Virus genome (UHGV): UHGV-1315733
Length of the DNA: 45,999 bases
DNA from: a virus
Direction: 5' to 3' (one strand)
The notes beneath the pieces are model-generated. The model did no database searches. It saw nothing but the letters and a program-made list of their open reading frames with translations, and was not told the origin of the DNA. Made by a program: the position numbers and the translations under genes. Below, one piece after another: positions 9,336 to 18,626 of the stretch (the first letter of the stretch is position 1; every line of letters starts with the position of its first letter).

Positions 9336-9393
9336 TAATTCTACCTCTAACTATTTAAGGTCAGCGAATATCTCTAACGATATCCGGTGAAAT

Positions 9394-9777
9394 CTATAAC
9401 ACTGGATTTTCCGATGTTACTTGAAAACTCAGCTCATCCAGTTTCTCTTCGCCTTCTACTAAACTTACACATGGAGCATTAAAGTTTGCTGCATAAAACC
9501 TTTTGGTTTCCCATTTATCCTCATAAATGTTAAGGTGGAAAAAGTCAAATCCGCTCTTTCCCATAACCTCTTTGAGAATTTTGCTTGCGTCACTTACCTT
9601 AATGTCACTCCATTTCAGCTCATAAGCTTCTATTGTGAAGAGAGGGGAGTTTTTCATATTTCCCCTCATGGTTCTTCCTGAGTTTTCTGTAGAGGTAGTA
9701 GCGAATGAAATTTGATATCCGTCCTCATCCACATCTGGTGGTGTGAATGAGCCGAATTTTAAATAGTTCTGTGCCAT
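9394..9777 (-). CDS. Putative distal-tail (Dit-like) or tail-tip component, 127 aa
   Basis: Position between TMP and Tal only. Small for a Dit protein. Confidence 0.3.
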   Translation of the reverse strand: MAQNYLKFGSFTPPDVDEDGYQISFATTSTENSGRTMRGNMKNSPLFTIEAYELKWSDIKVSDASKILKEVMGKSGFDFFHLNIYEDKWETKRFYAANFNAPCVSLVEGEEKLDELSFQVTSENPVL

Positions 9778-9787
9778 ATTCTACCTC

Positions 9788-12700
9788 CTAAGCCATTTCA
9801 AACGGATTTCTTCCCGTCTGTGTTCTCATGTTCTTTCCTTCTTCAAGTACGGCCTTCGCAATCTGTCTACGGTTCAGATATACCGGCACTTCAATCTTGC
9901 GTGAGCTGTTACCAGTTTCTTCCCTTACAATCTTACGGATAAGGCTTTCAGGTGCTTCAATGTTGTTACCGCTTTTCTGGTCACCAAGTACCGCCATGAA
10001 CTCTTTGTTCGGTGGGATAACAGCACCCTGTGCAAGGTAAGGGATATGTGGAGCACTCCATTTTGATATATGGAATCCGATAGATGATACTCCAGTTAAT
10101 GATGTAACCCATGATGGAACTGATATGTTCATTTTGTTCAGTGCATTAGCAACGCCATTCTGCATGATCTGTGCAGCTCTAAGGAGTCCGTTCATCAATC
10201 CGATGATTCCGTTAATTGGAGATTTGATGATTGCTAACATGCCATTCCAAGCACCACCGAAGATATTCTTGATACCATCCCATGCCTGTTGCCAATCTCC
10301 TGATAAGACACCATTTACAAAATCAACGATTCCGCTAAATGCCTGTTTCACAGCTGCAACAATGTTCTGAATATTCGCAAGCCATGCATTCATGTAATCT
10401 CCAATTACACCAAAGTCTTTTACCCAATCCACCTTGAATACTCCGTCAAGCCATTTTGACAGCGGATCAAGTATTTGATTCTTGATGAAATTGAAGATAA
10501 TATTAATGTTCTGCTTAAATCCTTCAACGTATAACAGGATTCCACTCAATGCTTGCGCCCAATCCCCAGTGAAAACTCCTGTTAAAAATTGGATGATTCC
10601 ATCAAGCTGTTTGAGAACGCTATCTGCCATTCCAGTTACGCTGGCAACAATGGAAAGAAGCGTATCACCAATCCATGCCACTATAGGTGCAAGTACTGGA
10701 ATCACGTTCTCTATCAACCACTGTATAAGAGGAATAAGTACGTTATTCCACAGCCAATTAAGTCCATCAATCAGCCTTCCAATTTCGTCAATGATGTGGT
10801 CAATTGCATCGCCCACTGGTCCGTTTAAGACTTCATCGAACTTCTGCGCCCACTGATCAAGAATCGGTGCGATATACTGGTTATAGGTATCAAGAAGTGT
10901 TCCACCTATTTCTGATAAGCCACTTCCAACATCATTGATAAACGGTCCTATATGCTCATCATACAGTTCCGTCAGCTTATCTGCTAACTTCTGTACGAAG
11001 TCTTCTATAGATTGAGTAATCTCCTCTATTGGTTTCAGCGTGTTATTGATAGCTTCAATAATCTTATCTTTGTTCTCGATGATAGGTGTTGCAATCGCAT
11101 CCATTACATCTTTTGCAAAGCTTGTGGCAAGTAGAATAATTTCTCCGAACGCTGTGGTAAATATGCCAATAATATTGCCAGTAATGTTCTGTGCTGTCTG
11201 TGATCCGAATGTCTGTTGGAATATCTCTGCAATTGTTGCACTTAAATTTCCTACAATTATGGAAATCTCTGAGCCTAAATCGAACATCCTCACAAGCCAC
11301 TTCTTGATTCTGTCTGTATTCTCTTCTAAGTAGCTTTCAATACCTCCAACAACATTTGCTGCTATTGTTAACCCAATCGAAACAAATGAGCCTACTGTTT
11401 TGCCCATGTTATAAATGAACAATGTAGCGAATCTCTTAGCTGCTTCCTGAACATTTTTATCTGTGAAGATATCTTTGATGTGTTCTCCGATAGACTTAAG
11501 GTCTTTCTTCAGTTCTTCAAGTACTGGCTTGTAATCTCCAAGTCCATCCCAGAAACCATCCATAAAGATGTCTCTGATTTGTTTCAGCTTGTCCAATACG
11601 GAATCAAGCAAGGATGCAAACTTATTGTCGATTGGTACTTCTTCGAACAGTGGTCCAGAACCGCCACCAGCACCACCTCCACCACCACCGGATCCGCCAG
11701 AACCACTTCCTGAGTCCTGCTTATCCATTTTGTTGATATCATCAAGTGGTGATAAGTACTCTTCCGCAGCTTCCGTAGCTTCTTTTGTTCCGTCTGCTGC
11801 ATCTTTTGCACCGCTTGCCGTGTCCTTAAGACTTCCGGCATAATCTTTCTGTACTGCGATAGCTTTCGTGTATGTACTCTTTCCGGACAAGAATGAGAAG
11901 AACATACTTACATAACTTGCAGCTGTTGAAAGCATGTCAATGAACTTGCTGAGAATCGGTGCTACTACGCTAAGAATTGGTGCAAACGCTGTTGCAAGGC
12001 TGTTTTTAAGTGTCTCAAGACTTCCCCACAACATTGATATACTGTTGTTCGTGCTGCTAGAGTACTGTGCAAGGTTTGTGAATCCCTCTTTCATAGCACT
12101 GATTGCAGCTGAGAACGCTCTGAATGCTATGCTCATTAATAGTGACATTCCAAGCATTCTTCCAATGCTTAACTTCGCACCATTCGCAGCTTTCCCGGTT
12201 TTTGCGATAGACCTTGAAGCCTTTTCGCTTGCACTTGCCAACTTCTGCTGTGCCGGTGCCGCACTCATCAACTTCTGTTTGTAATCATCAATACTTCCTT
12301 TTACAGAATTGTAAGAAGTGTGAAGACGATTATTCATGTCAGCAAGTTTTCTCTCTTCTGCTTGCAATGTGCGCATACTGGAAGCTGCTTCTTGTGTCTT
12401 AGAGCCAAGCGTAAACGCTCCACCTGACGCTTCTAAGTCAGCTAATTCTGCTTTTGCATATTTGATTTCATTCTCAAGCTCTTCTATGTCATACTGCATC
12501 TTCTTGAAAGATGAACTGCCCTGTTTTCCCCCGGTAGAAAGAAATTTATCCTGTGCAGCTTTCAGCGAATTCAGTTTCTGAGTAGCCTGTGAAATCTGTG
12601 TTTGTATCTCTCTGTATTCATCTGTTGGTACTTTCTGCTCACCGTACTCAGCAATCTTTTTCTTCAGTTCAGATACTTTCTGCTCCTGTGCAGCATATTC

Positions 12701-12880
12701 ATTGTTTAACTTGGCGAATGCATCCGCTTGTTTGTTGAGAGCTGTCTTAGCTTTATTCCCCATATCATTAACGGAATTTGCCATTCTTCTGACAGCTGCT
12801 TCAACTTCTTTGCTTCCGGCTTTCATGCCGTCAGCGTTAATCTCTGTGTCAATTATGATATAGCCGTCGGCTTGTGCCAT
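9788..12880 (-). CDS. Tail tape measure protein (1030 aa)
   Basis: Long coiled-coil N-terminus, internal TM segments, a Gly-rich GGSGGGGGGAGGGSG linker and a C-terminal lysin-like region. Follows the chaperone pair. Confidence 0.8.
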   Translation of the reverse strand: MAQADGYIIIDTEINADGMKAGSKEVEAAVRRMANSVNDMGNKAKTALNKQADAFAKLNNEYAAQEQKVSELKKKIAEYGEQKVPTDEYREIQTQISQATQKLNSLKAAQDKFLSTGGKQGSSSFKKMQYDIEELENEIKYAKAELADLEASGGAFTLGSKTQEAASSMRTLQAEERKLADMNNRLHTSYNSVKGSIDDYKQKLMSAAPAQQKLASASEKASRSIAKTGKAANGAKLSIGRMLGMSLLMSIAFRAFSAAISAMKEGFTNLAQYSSSTNNSISMLWGSLETLKNSLATAFAPILSVVAPILSKFIDMLSTAASYVSMFFSFLSGKSTYTKAIAVQKDYAGSLKDTASGAKDAADGTKEATEAAEEYLSPLDDINKMDKQDSGSGSGGSGGGGGGAGGGSGPLFEEVPIDNKFASLLDSVLDKLKQIRDIFMDGFWDGLGDYKPVLEELKKDLKSIGEHIKDIFTDKNVQEAAKRFATLFIYNMGKTVGSFVSIGLTIAANVVGGIESYLEENTDRIKKWLVRMFDLGSEISIIVGNLSATIAEIFQQTFGSQTAQNITGNIIGIFTTAFGEIILLATSFAKDVMDAIATPIIENKDKIIEAINNTLKPIEEITQSIEDFVQKLADKLTELYDEHIGPFINDVGSGLSEIGGTLLDTYNQYIAPILDQWAQKFDEVLNGPVGDAIDHIIDEIGRLIDGLNWLWNNVLIPLIQWLIENVIPVLAPIVAWIGDTLLSIVASVTGMADSVLKQLDGIIQFLTGVFTGDWAQALSGILLYVEGFKQNINIIFNFIKNQILDPLSKWLDGVFKVDWVKDFGVIGDYMNAWLANIQNIVAAVKQAFSGIVDFVNGVLSGDWQQAWDGIKNIFGGAWNGMLAIIKSPINGIIGLMNGLLRAAQIMQNGVANALNKMNISVPSWVTSLTGVSSIGFHISKWSAPHIPYLAQGAVIPPNKEFMAVLGDQKSGNNIEAPESLIRKIVREETGNSSRKIEVPVYLNRRQIAKAVLEEGKNMRTQTGRNPFEMA

Positions 12881-12939
12881 TTCTAATCCTTTCCACCGCT
12901 AATTATCTGCGGTCAGCGAATATCTCTATTGATATCCGG

Positions 12940-13560
12940 TTATTTCTTTAATCCGAAGAGTTCACGAAGTTCCGCTTTCTCCGCTTCACTTCTCTGCGTA
13001 TTCTTCAGATGCAAGTCCACAATAGACTTATTATTTTTGTAGTATTCCTGTTCCCACTTCTCTAACTTCTTGCCTTTCCTCTTCTTGTCTCGGATGCTGA
13101 CTACTGTTGAGAATGTGCTTTCTCCGATTTCCATATAGAGTCCAAAGAATGTCCACCAGTGCATATACTCTGTGGCACGCACGTCATCGTTATTCACCTT
13201 ATTCACAGCCGGTATGATGATTGGTGCATCCTGTTCCCAGTCCATTGTCCTAGGTCTAGGTTTACCGTCATTCTTGATACCGCAGTCGATGAATTCACAC
13301 GCTTTTCTTGATGCTTCTTGCCAGTCCTTAGGTGGCATAGAATCAAAGTCAACATAGAGGATTCTAAGCATTGTAAATACTTTCTCCTGATCCTTCTCTT
13401 CTTCCGTCATTCCGAACTCAAAGATTTCAGGATCATTCATAGCAGAAAGAATATCCAATATCACCCTAAAATCAGAGCGTATCGAATATTCTTTTCCATT
13501 GACTTCTAAAGATGTGGGAAGTTTCCACGGATCCATATTAGTTGTGGTACTTGGCCACAT
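12940..13560 (-). CDS. Tail assembly chaperone, downstream partner (G-T-like region)
   Basis: 206 aa. Overlaps the upstream chaperone by 23 nt in the +1 frame. No obvious RBS of its own. Confidence 0.45.
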   Translation of the reverse strand: MWPSTTTNMDPWKLPTSLEVNGKEYSIRSDFRVILDILSAMNDPEIFEFGMTEEEKDQEKVFTMLRILYVDFDSMPPKDWQEASRKACEFIDCGIKNDGKPRPRTMDWEQDAPIIIPAVNKVNNDDVRATEYMHWWTFFGLYMEIGESTFSTVVSIRDKKRKGKKLEKWEQEYYKNNKSIVDLHLKNTQRSEAEKAELRELFGLKK

Positions 13561-13972
13561 ACTTATTCATGCGACTCTGTACCTTTTTTGTACGTGTGTT
13601 CATTTCGCGTTCGATTACTTTTGCAATGGATGAAAGCACGTTCTCAATGAACAGCTCTCCGTTCGCAAGAGGGGAAAATGCTCCGAGAATGGAAAAGAAA
13701 GCTTCTTTCGCATCCGCCCCAACGAGATAGGAGATTCTGTTCATGATTTCATCTTCTGCTGTTCTCATATCCGTTTCAGTAGGATTCTTCGGCAGCTGAT
13801 AAGAGTTGTAGAATTCAACTACTTCTTCATATCTCTTTACGATATTAGTATCTGTAGGGCTGAACTCGAACTTGCCAAGAACCTTGCCTCTCTTATTTTT
13901 GATCGTGTATTCCTTACTGCCATCGTCTACAATAATTTCATTTCCATGTGGTTTTACTAATTTGTTACTCAT
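13538..13972 (-). CDS. Tail assembly chaperone (gpG-like)
   Basis: 144 aa, acidic. Lies between the major tail protein and the TMP. Confidence 0.5.
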   Translation of the reverse strand: MSNKLVKPHGNEIIVDDGSKEYTIKNKRGKVLGKFEFSPTDTNIVKRYEEVVEFYNSYQLPKNPTETDMRTAEDEIMNRISYLVGADAKEAFFSILGAFSPLANGELFIENVLSSIAKVIEREMNTRTKKVQSRMNKYVAKYHN

Positions 13973-14070
13973 TTGATTTTTCCTTTCTATGTCGTGCGAA
14001 CAATGAGATACATTTCTTCACCTAAGACATCATGTATCACATTTCCCAGGGCATCGCGCCATAAGTCTAT

Positions 14071-14577
14071 TCACTCAATGTTTCCTGCTGCAAATACCGG
14101 TGCACCAGCTTTCAAAGATTCCGCTGTAACATAACCTTTTGTTCTCTCACCATCGTCTGTAACATCAAATGGGATATTAACACCGGTTGTATCTCCACCG
14201 TAGCTCTGCGGTTTCACCATTACTTCCTGGACATAAGCAAGATGTTTTGTTGCTGACGTATCCTCTACGATAACCTCGAGCATAAGTGTCTTGCACTCTT
14301 CACCTTTCAGACGATCCAGCGCAATAGATTTCAGCTTCGGATACAGCTTGGAAGATGGATCAGCGTAGAACGGATCAGCCGACATTGATGGTGCGTATCC
14401 GTTATCTGTTGTCTTTGTTTTTCCAAGAATGGTTTTCTTCTGCTCTGTATCCGGGTTCAGTTCTACAGACATTTCCTCGATATCATCACCGAGAATTGCC
14501 CACTCTGCGGTATCTGCTGTTTTCTTAAAAGATGCATCGAGATAATGCATTAATGCTTCACGCGCTAATTTAGACAT
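14071..14577 (-). CDS. Major tail (tube) protein
   Basis: 168 aa. Position between the head-tail joining genes and the chaperones. No sheath gene is present, so the virion is a siphovirus. Confidence 0.6.
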   Translation of the reverse strand: MSKLAREALMHYLDASFKKTADTAEWAILGDDIEEMSVELNPDTEQKKTILGKTKTTDNGYAPSMSADPFYADPSSKLYPKLKSIALDRLKGEECKTLMLEVIVEDTSATKHLAYVQEVMVKPQSYGGDTTGVNIPFDVTDDGERTKGYVTAESLKAGAPVFAAGNIE

Positions 14578-14592
14578 GTTTGTTATCCTCCG

Positions 14593-15105
14593 TTATTTCT
14601 TGTAAAATATGTTTCTGTATTTCAGTGAGATGCTAATAGCCCAGTCCTGAATGTTACCGTCACTTACATTGTCTAAGTGTGCCGGTGTGAGCCTTACAAT
14701 CTCTTCTATTTTTCTCTCTTCTGTAAGCACTGGATATTCTTCCAGTTTTACTTGTTCTCCATTAACGGTTACGGTCTGCTGTTCAAGCCACTTCCCAAGA
14801 GTGTCAAGGAATTCTTTGATACTGGCCTTAATCTTTGGAGAGTCGATTGAAGACCGGTAGATCACATAAAAAGGATAGTTGCACAACTGGTCTACTTTGC
14901 CAGTTACACTCTTCTTTTCCTGTGCAATCACCGCTCCTGTCACTGGATAGAAGGCAATACCGCCATCTTCATCTAGTGTGGAGAATCTTATCTTTTCATC
15001 TTCCTCTAATCCCGGAAAACTATTTAGAAGAGAAACGAGTGCATCTGTTACCGCATCGTAACCGTCTACATCGTACTTGACCGGTTTCTTACTTTCCTCC
15101 GGCAC
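14593..15105 (-). CDS. Head-tail joining/tail completion protein
   Basis: 170 aa. Position in an SPP1-like gp16/gp17 slot. Confidence 0.4.
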   Translation of the reverse strand: MPEESKKPVKYDVDGYDAVTDALVSLLNSFPGLEEDEKIRFSTLDEDGGIAFYPVTGAVIAQEKKSVTGKVDQLCNYPFYVIYRSSIDSPKIKASIKEFLDTLGKWLEQQTVTVNGEQVKLEEYPVLTEERKIEEIVRLTPAHLDNVSDGNIQDWAISISLKYRNIFYKK

Positions 15106-15544
15106 GTTTCTTCACTCCTTTCGCCCAAGACTTCACATTCTCTGTCTTTGCAGCATCAAACCAATGGTCTGTTGCGCGTGGATGCGCTGTCTTGTCAAAC
15201 ACAAGGTCTCTGTCCGTGACCACTTTCTTCGCTCCGGCTCTTGCCCACGGTGAGCCTGTGACAGGATCTACCATAACTTTTCCTTCATAGAGGAATCTTC
15301 CGTAAGGTGGAGCACCGGCAATTACTTGACCACTTCCTTGCATGGACCTGCTCATAATCGCAGACACGTTTCTCATGTTACCGTCACGAAACGGCATATA
15401 CTTTTCCATGTCAGTGAACACTCGACCATCTAGCCAGTTCTGTGCTTCCTGGAACTGCTTTTCAAATCGGTTCAAGCTGACATTTACTTTGATGTCACCT
15501 TTTACGATTGAGAAGCTTGGAAAATGAAATATCTTGCTTGCCAT
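15089..15544 (-). CDS. Head-tail joining protein (minor capsid/head closure family)
   Basis: Start trimmed to MASKIFHF. The ATG follows RBS GGAGG at 8 nt and overlaps the upstream stop. Confidence 0.45.
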   Translation of the reverse strand: MASKIFHFPSFSIVKGDIKVNVSLNRFEKQFQEAQNWLDGRVFTDMEKYMPFRDGNMRNVSAIMSRSMQGSGQVIAGAPPYGRFLYEGKVMVDPVTGSPWARAGAKKVVTDRDLVFDKTAHPRATDHWFDAAKTENVKSWAKGVKKRAGGK

Positions 15545-15545
15545 A

Positions 15546-15992
15546 TTACTTTCCTCCAATCTCAAAATGAGGAATCAGTGTGTAAGAACCTACGCTTGTG
15601 ATCAGAAAGACATTATCCATCTTCTTATTCAGATAATCATAGAATCCTTTGTTCGTGCGTGACGTATAGTCTTCATCAGCAATTACCGTTTCCGGATATT
15701 CGCCTTCTAAGAAGATGTCCCCTGTCGAGAATGTAATGGAATTCTCTTTGTTTTCCGTAGTTTTCCACACTTTCGGAGTGAGATAGGAAAGATTGCACAC
15801 TATCCTTTCTCCTTCACGCACCTTAAACGGTACATGAAGATTAGCTGTATCAGCCGTATCCAAACCAGTTTTGGCAACATTGGCTGCCTTATCCGTAATA
15901 AGTGTGACTCCGGATATAACATGAGGATACCAATATATGGCATCATTCTTGTCAGTGTATTTGTTGAATACAGTCACAGTCTTGTCATACAT
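15546..15992 (-). CDS. Head-tail adaptor/head closure protein
   Basis: 148 aa. Position only. Confidence 0.4.
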   Translation of the reverse strand: MYDKTVTVFNKYTDKNDAIYWYPHVISGVTLITDKAANVAKTGLDTADTANLHVPFKVREGERIVCNLSYLTPKVWKTTENKENSITFSTGDIFLEGEYPETVIADEDYTSRTNKGFYDYLNKKMDNVFLITSVGSYTLIPHFEIGGK

Positions 15993-16137
15993 CGGTATCC
16001 CCTCCTAATAGAATTCTTTTCCACATTCTTTGCACTTCCACACATGATGAGTCTTGTACTCATGGTCTCCGACCTCATCAAGGAAAGTTGAAGAATATGT
16101 TAATTTTTCGTGTCGGCATGTCAACCGCTTGAGCCAT

Positions 16138-16614
16138 CTAAATACCAGCATAGAGAAGGCACACTCCTTTCTTATCCACAACACCTTGCAGATATTCAGA
16201 AGCTACCTGTCTGATCAGAAGAGCTTCCACTTTCTTATCCATCGACGCTCGTGCATAGATGCTATCTGCTGTTCCGTTAGTCCCAGTGACGAAACTAATG
16301 CTTTCAGCACCTGACGTAATGGATGCTACTTGCTTCTTACTCACAGAACCGTCTTCGTGTTTTACCACTCCGACCGTATCCATTGATGCTTTTCTGATCG
16401 AGTCAATCTGATGCAGTGCTTCAGCAACCGCACAGACAGCTTTCTGAACCTTTGTATTAGCTTTCTCATCTTCCGGAAGACCATCGGCTAATCGGTCAAA
16501 GGTGATGCTGTCTACACGTTCGCTTGCTCGTTCTGCATACTTAGGAAACTCTTCCTCTGTCACGGCATCTCCAAAATATTTAGTTGTATAGAACTGATAG
16601 TCTGTGTATGCCAT
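16138..16614 (-). CDS. Head-tail connector (gp6-like)
   Basis: MAYTDYQFYTTKYFGD N-terminus typical of the phage gp6 connector family. RBS AAGGAG. Confidence 0.6.
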   Translation of the reverse strand: MAYTDYQFYTTKYFGDAVTEEEFPKYAERASERVDSITFDRLADGLPEDEKANTKVQKAVCAVAEALHQIDSIRKASMDTVGVVKHEDGSVSKKQVASITSGAESISFVTGTNGTADSIYARASMDKKVEALLIRQVASEYLQGVVDKKGVCLLYAGI

Positions 16615-16624
16615 GTGAATCTCC

Positions 16625-16771
16625 TTACTCAGCTTTTTTTCTTGTCTGCTGTTTCTTCTGTGGCTTTTCTGCTACTTCTTCGTATTTGTTAGGGTTGCTC
16701 TTCATACTGGCAATACTATCGGCATTGTCAGTAGAAAGATACAATCCTGTCTCTTTGTCCAAGAACTTCAT
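16625..16771 (-). CDS. Small Lys-rich ORF (48 aa) between the capsid and connector genes
   Basis: ATG 5 nt after the capsid stop. Below the ORF-track cutoff. Confidence 0.3.
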   Translation of the reverse strand: MKFLDKETGLYLSTDNADSIASMKSNPNKYEEVAEKPQKKQQTRKKAE

Positions 16772-16776
16772 CTTAA

Positions 16777-17628
16777 TTAACCACCAATTTTCTTATTTTT
16801 GAAGATAAGGTCCGGTGTAACGGATTTTGTTCCGAAGTGATAGAACAGTTCGATTCCGTAAGCGTTTGACAGTGGAATCTTCTCTGCATTGTAAGGATCT
16901 GACATTACTGGCTGCGCGATTGCACCGTCAACCATTACGAGAGCCTTAACATCTGTTGGAAGATGTACGCAAGAGTATGTCTTAACACCGTGGAAAGCGT
17001 AGAACTCTTCGTCAGCTGCTCCAACACCAGGAACTGTTACCTTGTCAAGGTATGTTCTGATTTTTCCGTAGTAGTCCGGATCCAGTACCATGTGCATCAT
17101 TGATCTTGGAACTCCGTCCACGTACTCATTCTTTGTTGTCTCACACTGCTGAATCATTTTCTCTGCAATCTCTTCAATTGCTGTGATTCCTGTCAGATCT
17201 ACTTCTGTAGCATCTGTACCAGCTACTTCGAAGAACTTTGTATCAAGCTCTGCTGCCATTCTAAGCGCATGGTTTGCTGTTCTCTTAGCAATAAGTCCTT
17301 CAACCCCAAGCAGAGAAACATCTTTCTGCTCTACTTCTTCTACGATCTCTCTGTCCTGATCGATTGGAATTGTTACCGGTTTACCTTTAACACCGTCACC
17401 CTTTGCAGCTGTTCTAGCTGTTCCGTAGTTCTTCGGTGTTGCGTTTGCAAATCTCTTTGCTTCTACTGTTCCGGCATGAGGATCACCAGAAAGCTCTGTG
17501 TTCTTCATTGCTCCGGAAATTGTAAGTTTCTGTACGTTCTCGATTACCTTTCCGTATTCCTCTGCAAGGAACATCTTTCCAGATGGATCGAGAAGCATGT
17601 TTAATGACTGAATTCTTGTATCTGCCAT
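16777..17628 (-). CDS. Major capsid protein
   Basis: 283 aa. Directly follows the scaffold gene. Composition looks HK97-fold-like. Confidence 0.65.
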   Translation of the reverse strand: MADTRIQSLNMLLDPSGKMFLAEEYGKVIENVQKLTISGAMKNTELSGDPHAGTVEAKRFANATPKNYGTARTAAKGDGVKGKPVTIPIDQDREIVEEVEQKDVSLLGVEGLIAKRTANHALRMAAELDTKFFEVAGTDATEVDLTGITAIEEIAEKMIQQCETTKNEYVDGVPRSMMHMVLDPDYYGKIRTYLDKVTVPGVGAADEEFYAFHGVKTYSCVHLPTDVKALVMVDGAIAQPVMSDPYNAEKIPLSNAYGIELFYHFGTKSVTPDLIFKNKKIGG

Positions 17629-17696
17629 GTTTGTATTCTCCTTTAACTTTTTAAGGTCAACGATTATCTCTGATTGATAACCGTTCTATCGCATGA

Positions 17697-18308
17697 CTAC
17701 CATACTGCCGGTGGTGTGTACACTGGAGTCTTACCATCTCCTCCACCTTTGTTTGTAGGTGTTGTGAAGGTCGGCACTTTCGGAGCATCTGTCGGTGCAA
17801 ATGCATCTTTCTTTGACTCTCTCAGCTCGTTCATGTAATCATCGAGTCCGAGGATTTTTTCACCTTCACGTTTCAGCCCTTTCTCTTTGATCATGCTGAT
17901 AATTCCTGTCTTAGCAAACTCAGATGTGAATTTCTCACCTGCCAGTGCTTTGACCAGAGCATCATTGAAGTCTCTCTCTTCAATCTTTGCTGCATAATCT
18001 TTCTCGCTGTTCGCAAGTTTTGTCTGCCACTCTTTCTCTGCGGTCTCTGCTTTGGTTTTCCACTCATCACGTTCTTTTGTGATAGCATCAAAGTCTTTGC
18101 CCTCAAATCCTTCAAGTGTAGACTTGGCTGTGTCATACTGTGTTTGAATGTTGTCTCTTTCCTGTGTGACTGTATCAAGCTTTCTTCCCTGTTTCTCAAA
18201 CTCGGCAAGAGTCTTGTAATTCTCATTCACACCGGTTTCGATTGTTTTCTTCTGCTCATCTGTAATCTCAAGACCAGCATCGGAAAGAATCTGAATAATG
18301 TTTTTCAT
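17697..18308 (-). CDS. Scaffolding protein
   Basis: 203 aa. Highly charged and helical (KE-rich). Sits immediately upstream of the capsid gene. Confidence 0.65.
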   Translation of the reverse strand: MKNIIQILSDAGLEITDEQKKTIETGVNENYKTLAEFEKQGRKLDTVTQERDNIQTQYDTAKSTLEGFEGKDFDAITKERDEWKTKAETAEKEWQTKLANSEKDYAAKIEERDFNDALVKALAGEKFTSEFAKTGIISMIKEKGLKREGEKILGLDDYMNELRESKKDAFAPTDAPKVPTFTTPTNKGGGDGKTPVYTPPAVW

Positions 18309-18389
18309 GTTTCATATCCTCCTCAACGTATTTTATTAACCGTTTCGTCCACGGTAGGGATTCAGACAGATAAACCTCTGTCAGGGTAA

Positions 18390-18430
18390 TCGTGGTTGAG
18401 GGAGTCGAACCCTCATAGCCATTACCACGC
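18390..18430 (-). ncRNA. tRNA-like minihelix (acceptor stem plus canonical T-arm, no D or anticodon arms) within a 318-nt structured intergenic region
   Basis: Minus strand GCGTGGT-aatggctat-GAGGG-TTCGACT-CCCTC-AACCACG-A, with the conserved TTCGA T-loop. Flanked by further hairpins (GGACAGATG...CATCTGTTC and AGCCTAC...GTAGGCT). Confidence 0.4.
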
Positions 18431-18626
18431 AAGAACAGATGCTATAGAAAGGCAGATTCACATCTGTCCCCAGCTCCATTAGGAGCAAAGCCTACCGAGA
18501 TGTGCGATACCTCTTAACAGGATTCCCCTAGTAGGCTATTTTCTAAAAAAGGAGGCGCAAAAATATGATATAATCTTCACCCAATATCCATTATGAATGT
18601 TTTTGATTACTTCGTTGTACCCATCT

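Noticed and set aside
11640-11700. Short GGSGGGGGGAGGGSG-coding repeat, as a possible CRISPR or VNTR
   Set aside because: Single low-complexity linker inside the TMP ORF. No spacer-repeat periodicity anywhere in the window.
4482-12581. Many plus-strand ORFs of 60-124 aa inside the tail-protein and TMP genes (for example 6255..6551, 10482..10856, 11568..11843, 11934..12284)
   Set aside because: Fully nested antisense to long, well-supported minus-strand genes. The proline/alanine runs at 11568..11843 are the reverse complement of the TMP Gly-rich linker.
18390-18430. Calling the minihelix a bona fide tRNA gene
   Set aside because: Only acceptor and T-arm are present. No D-arm or anticodon arm can be formed from flanking sequence in either direction.
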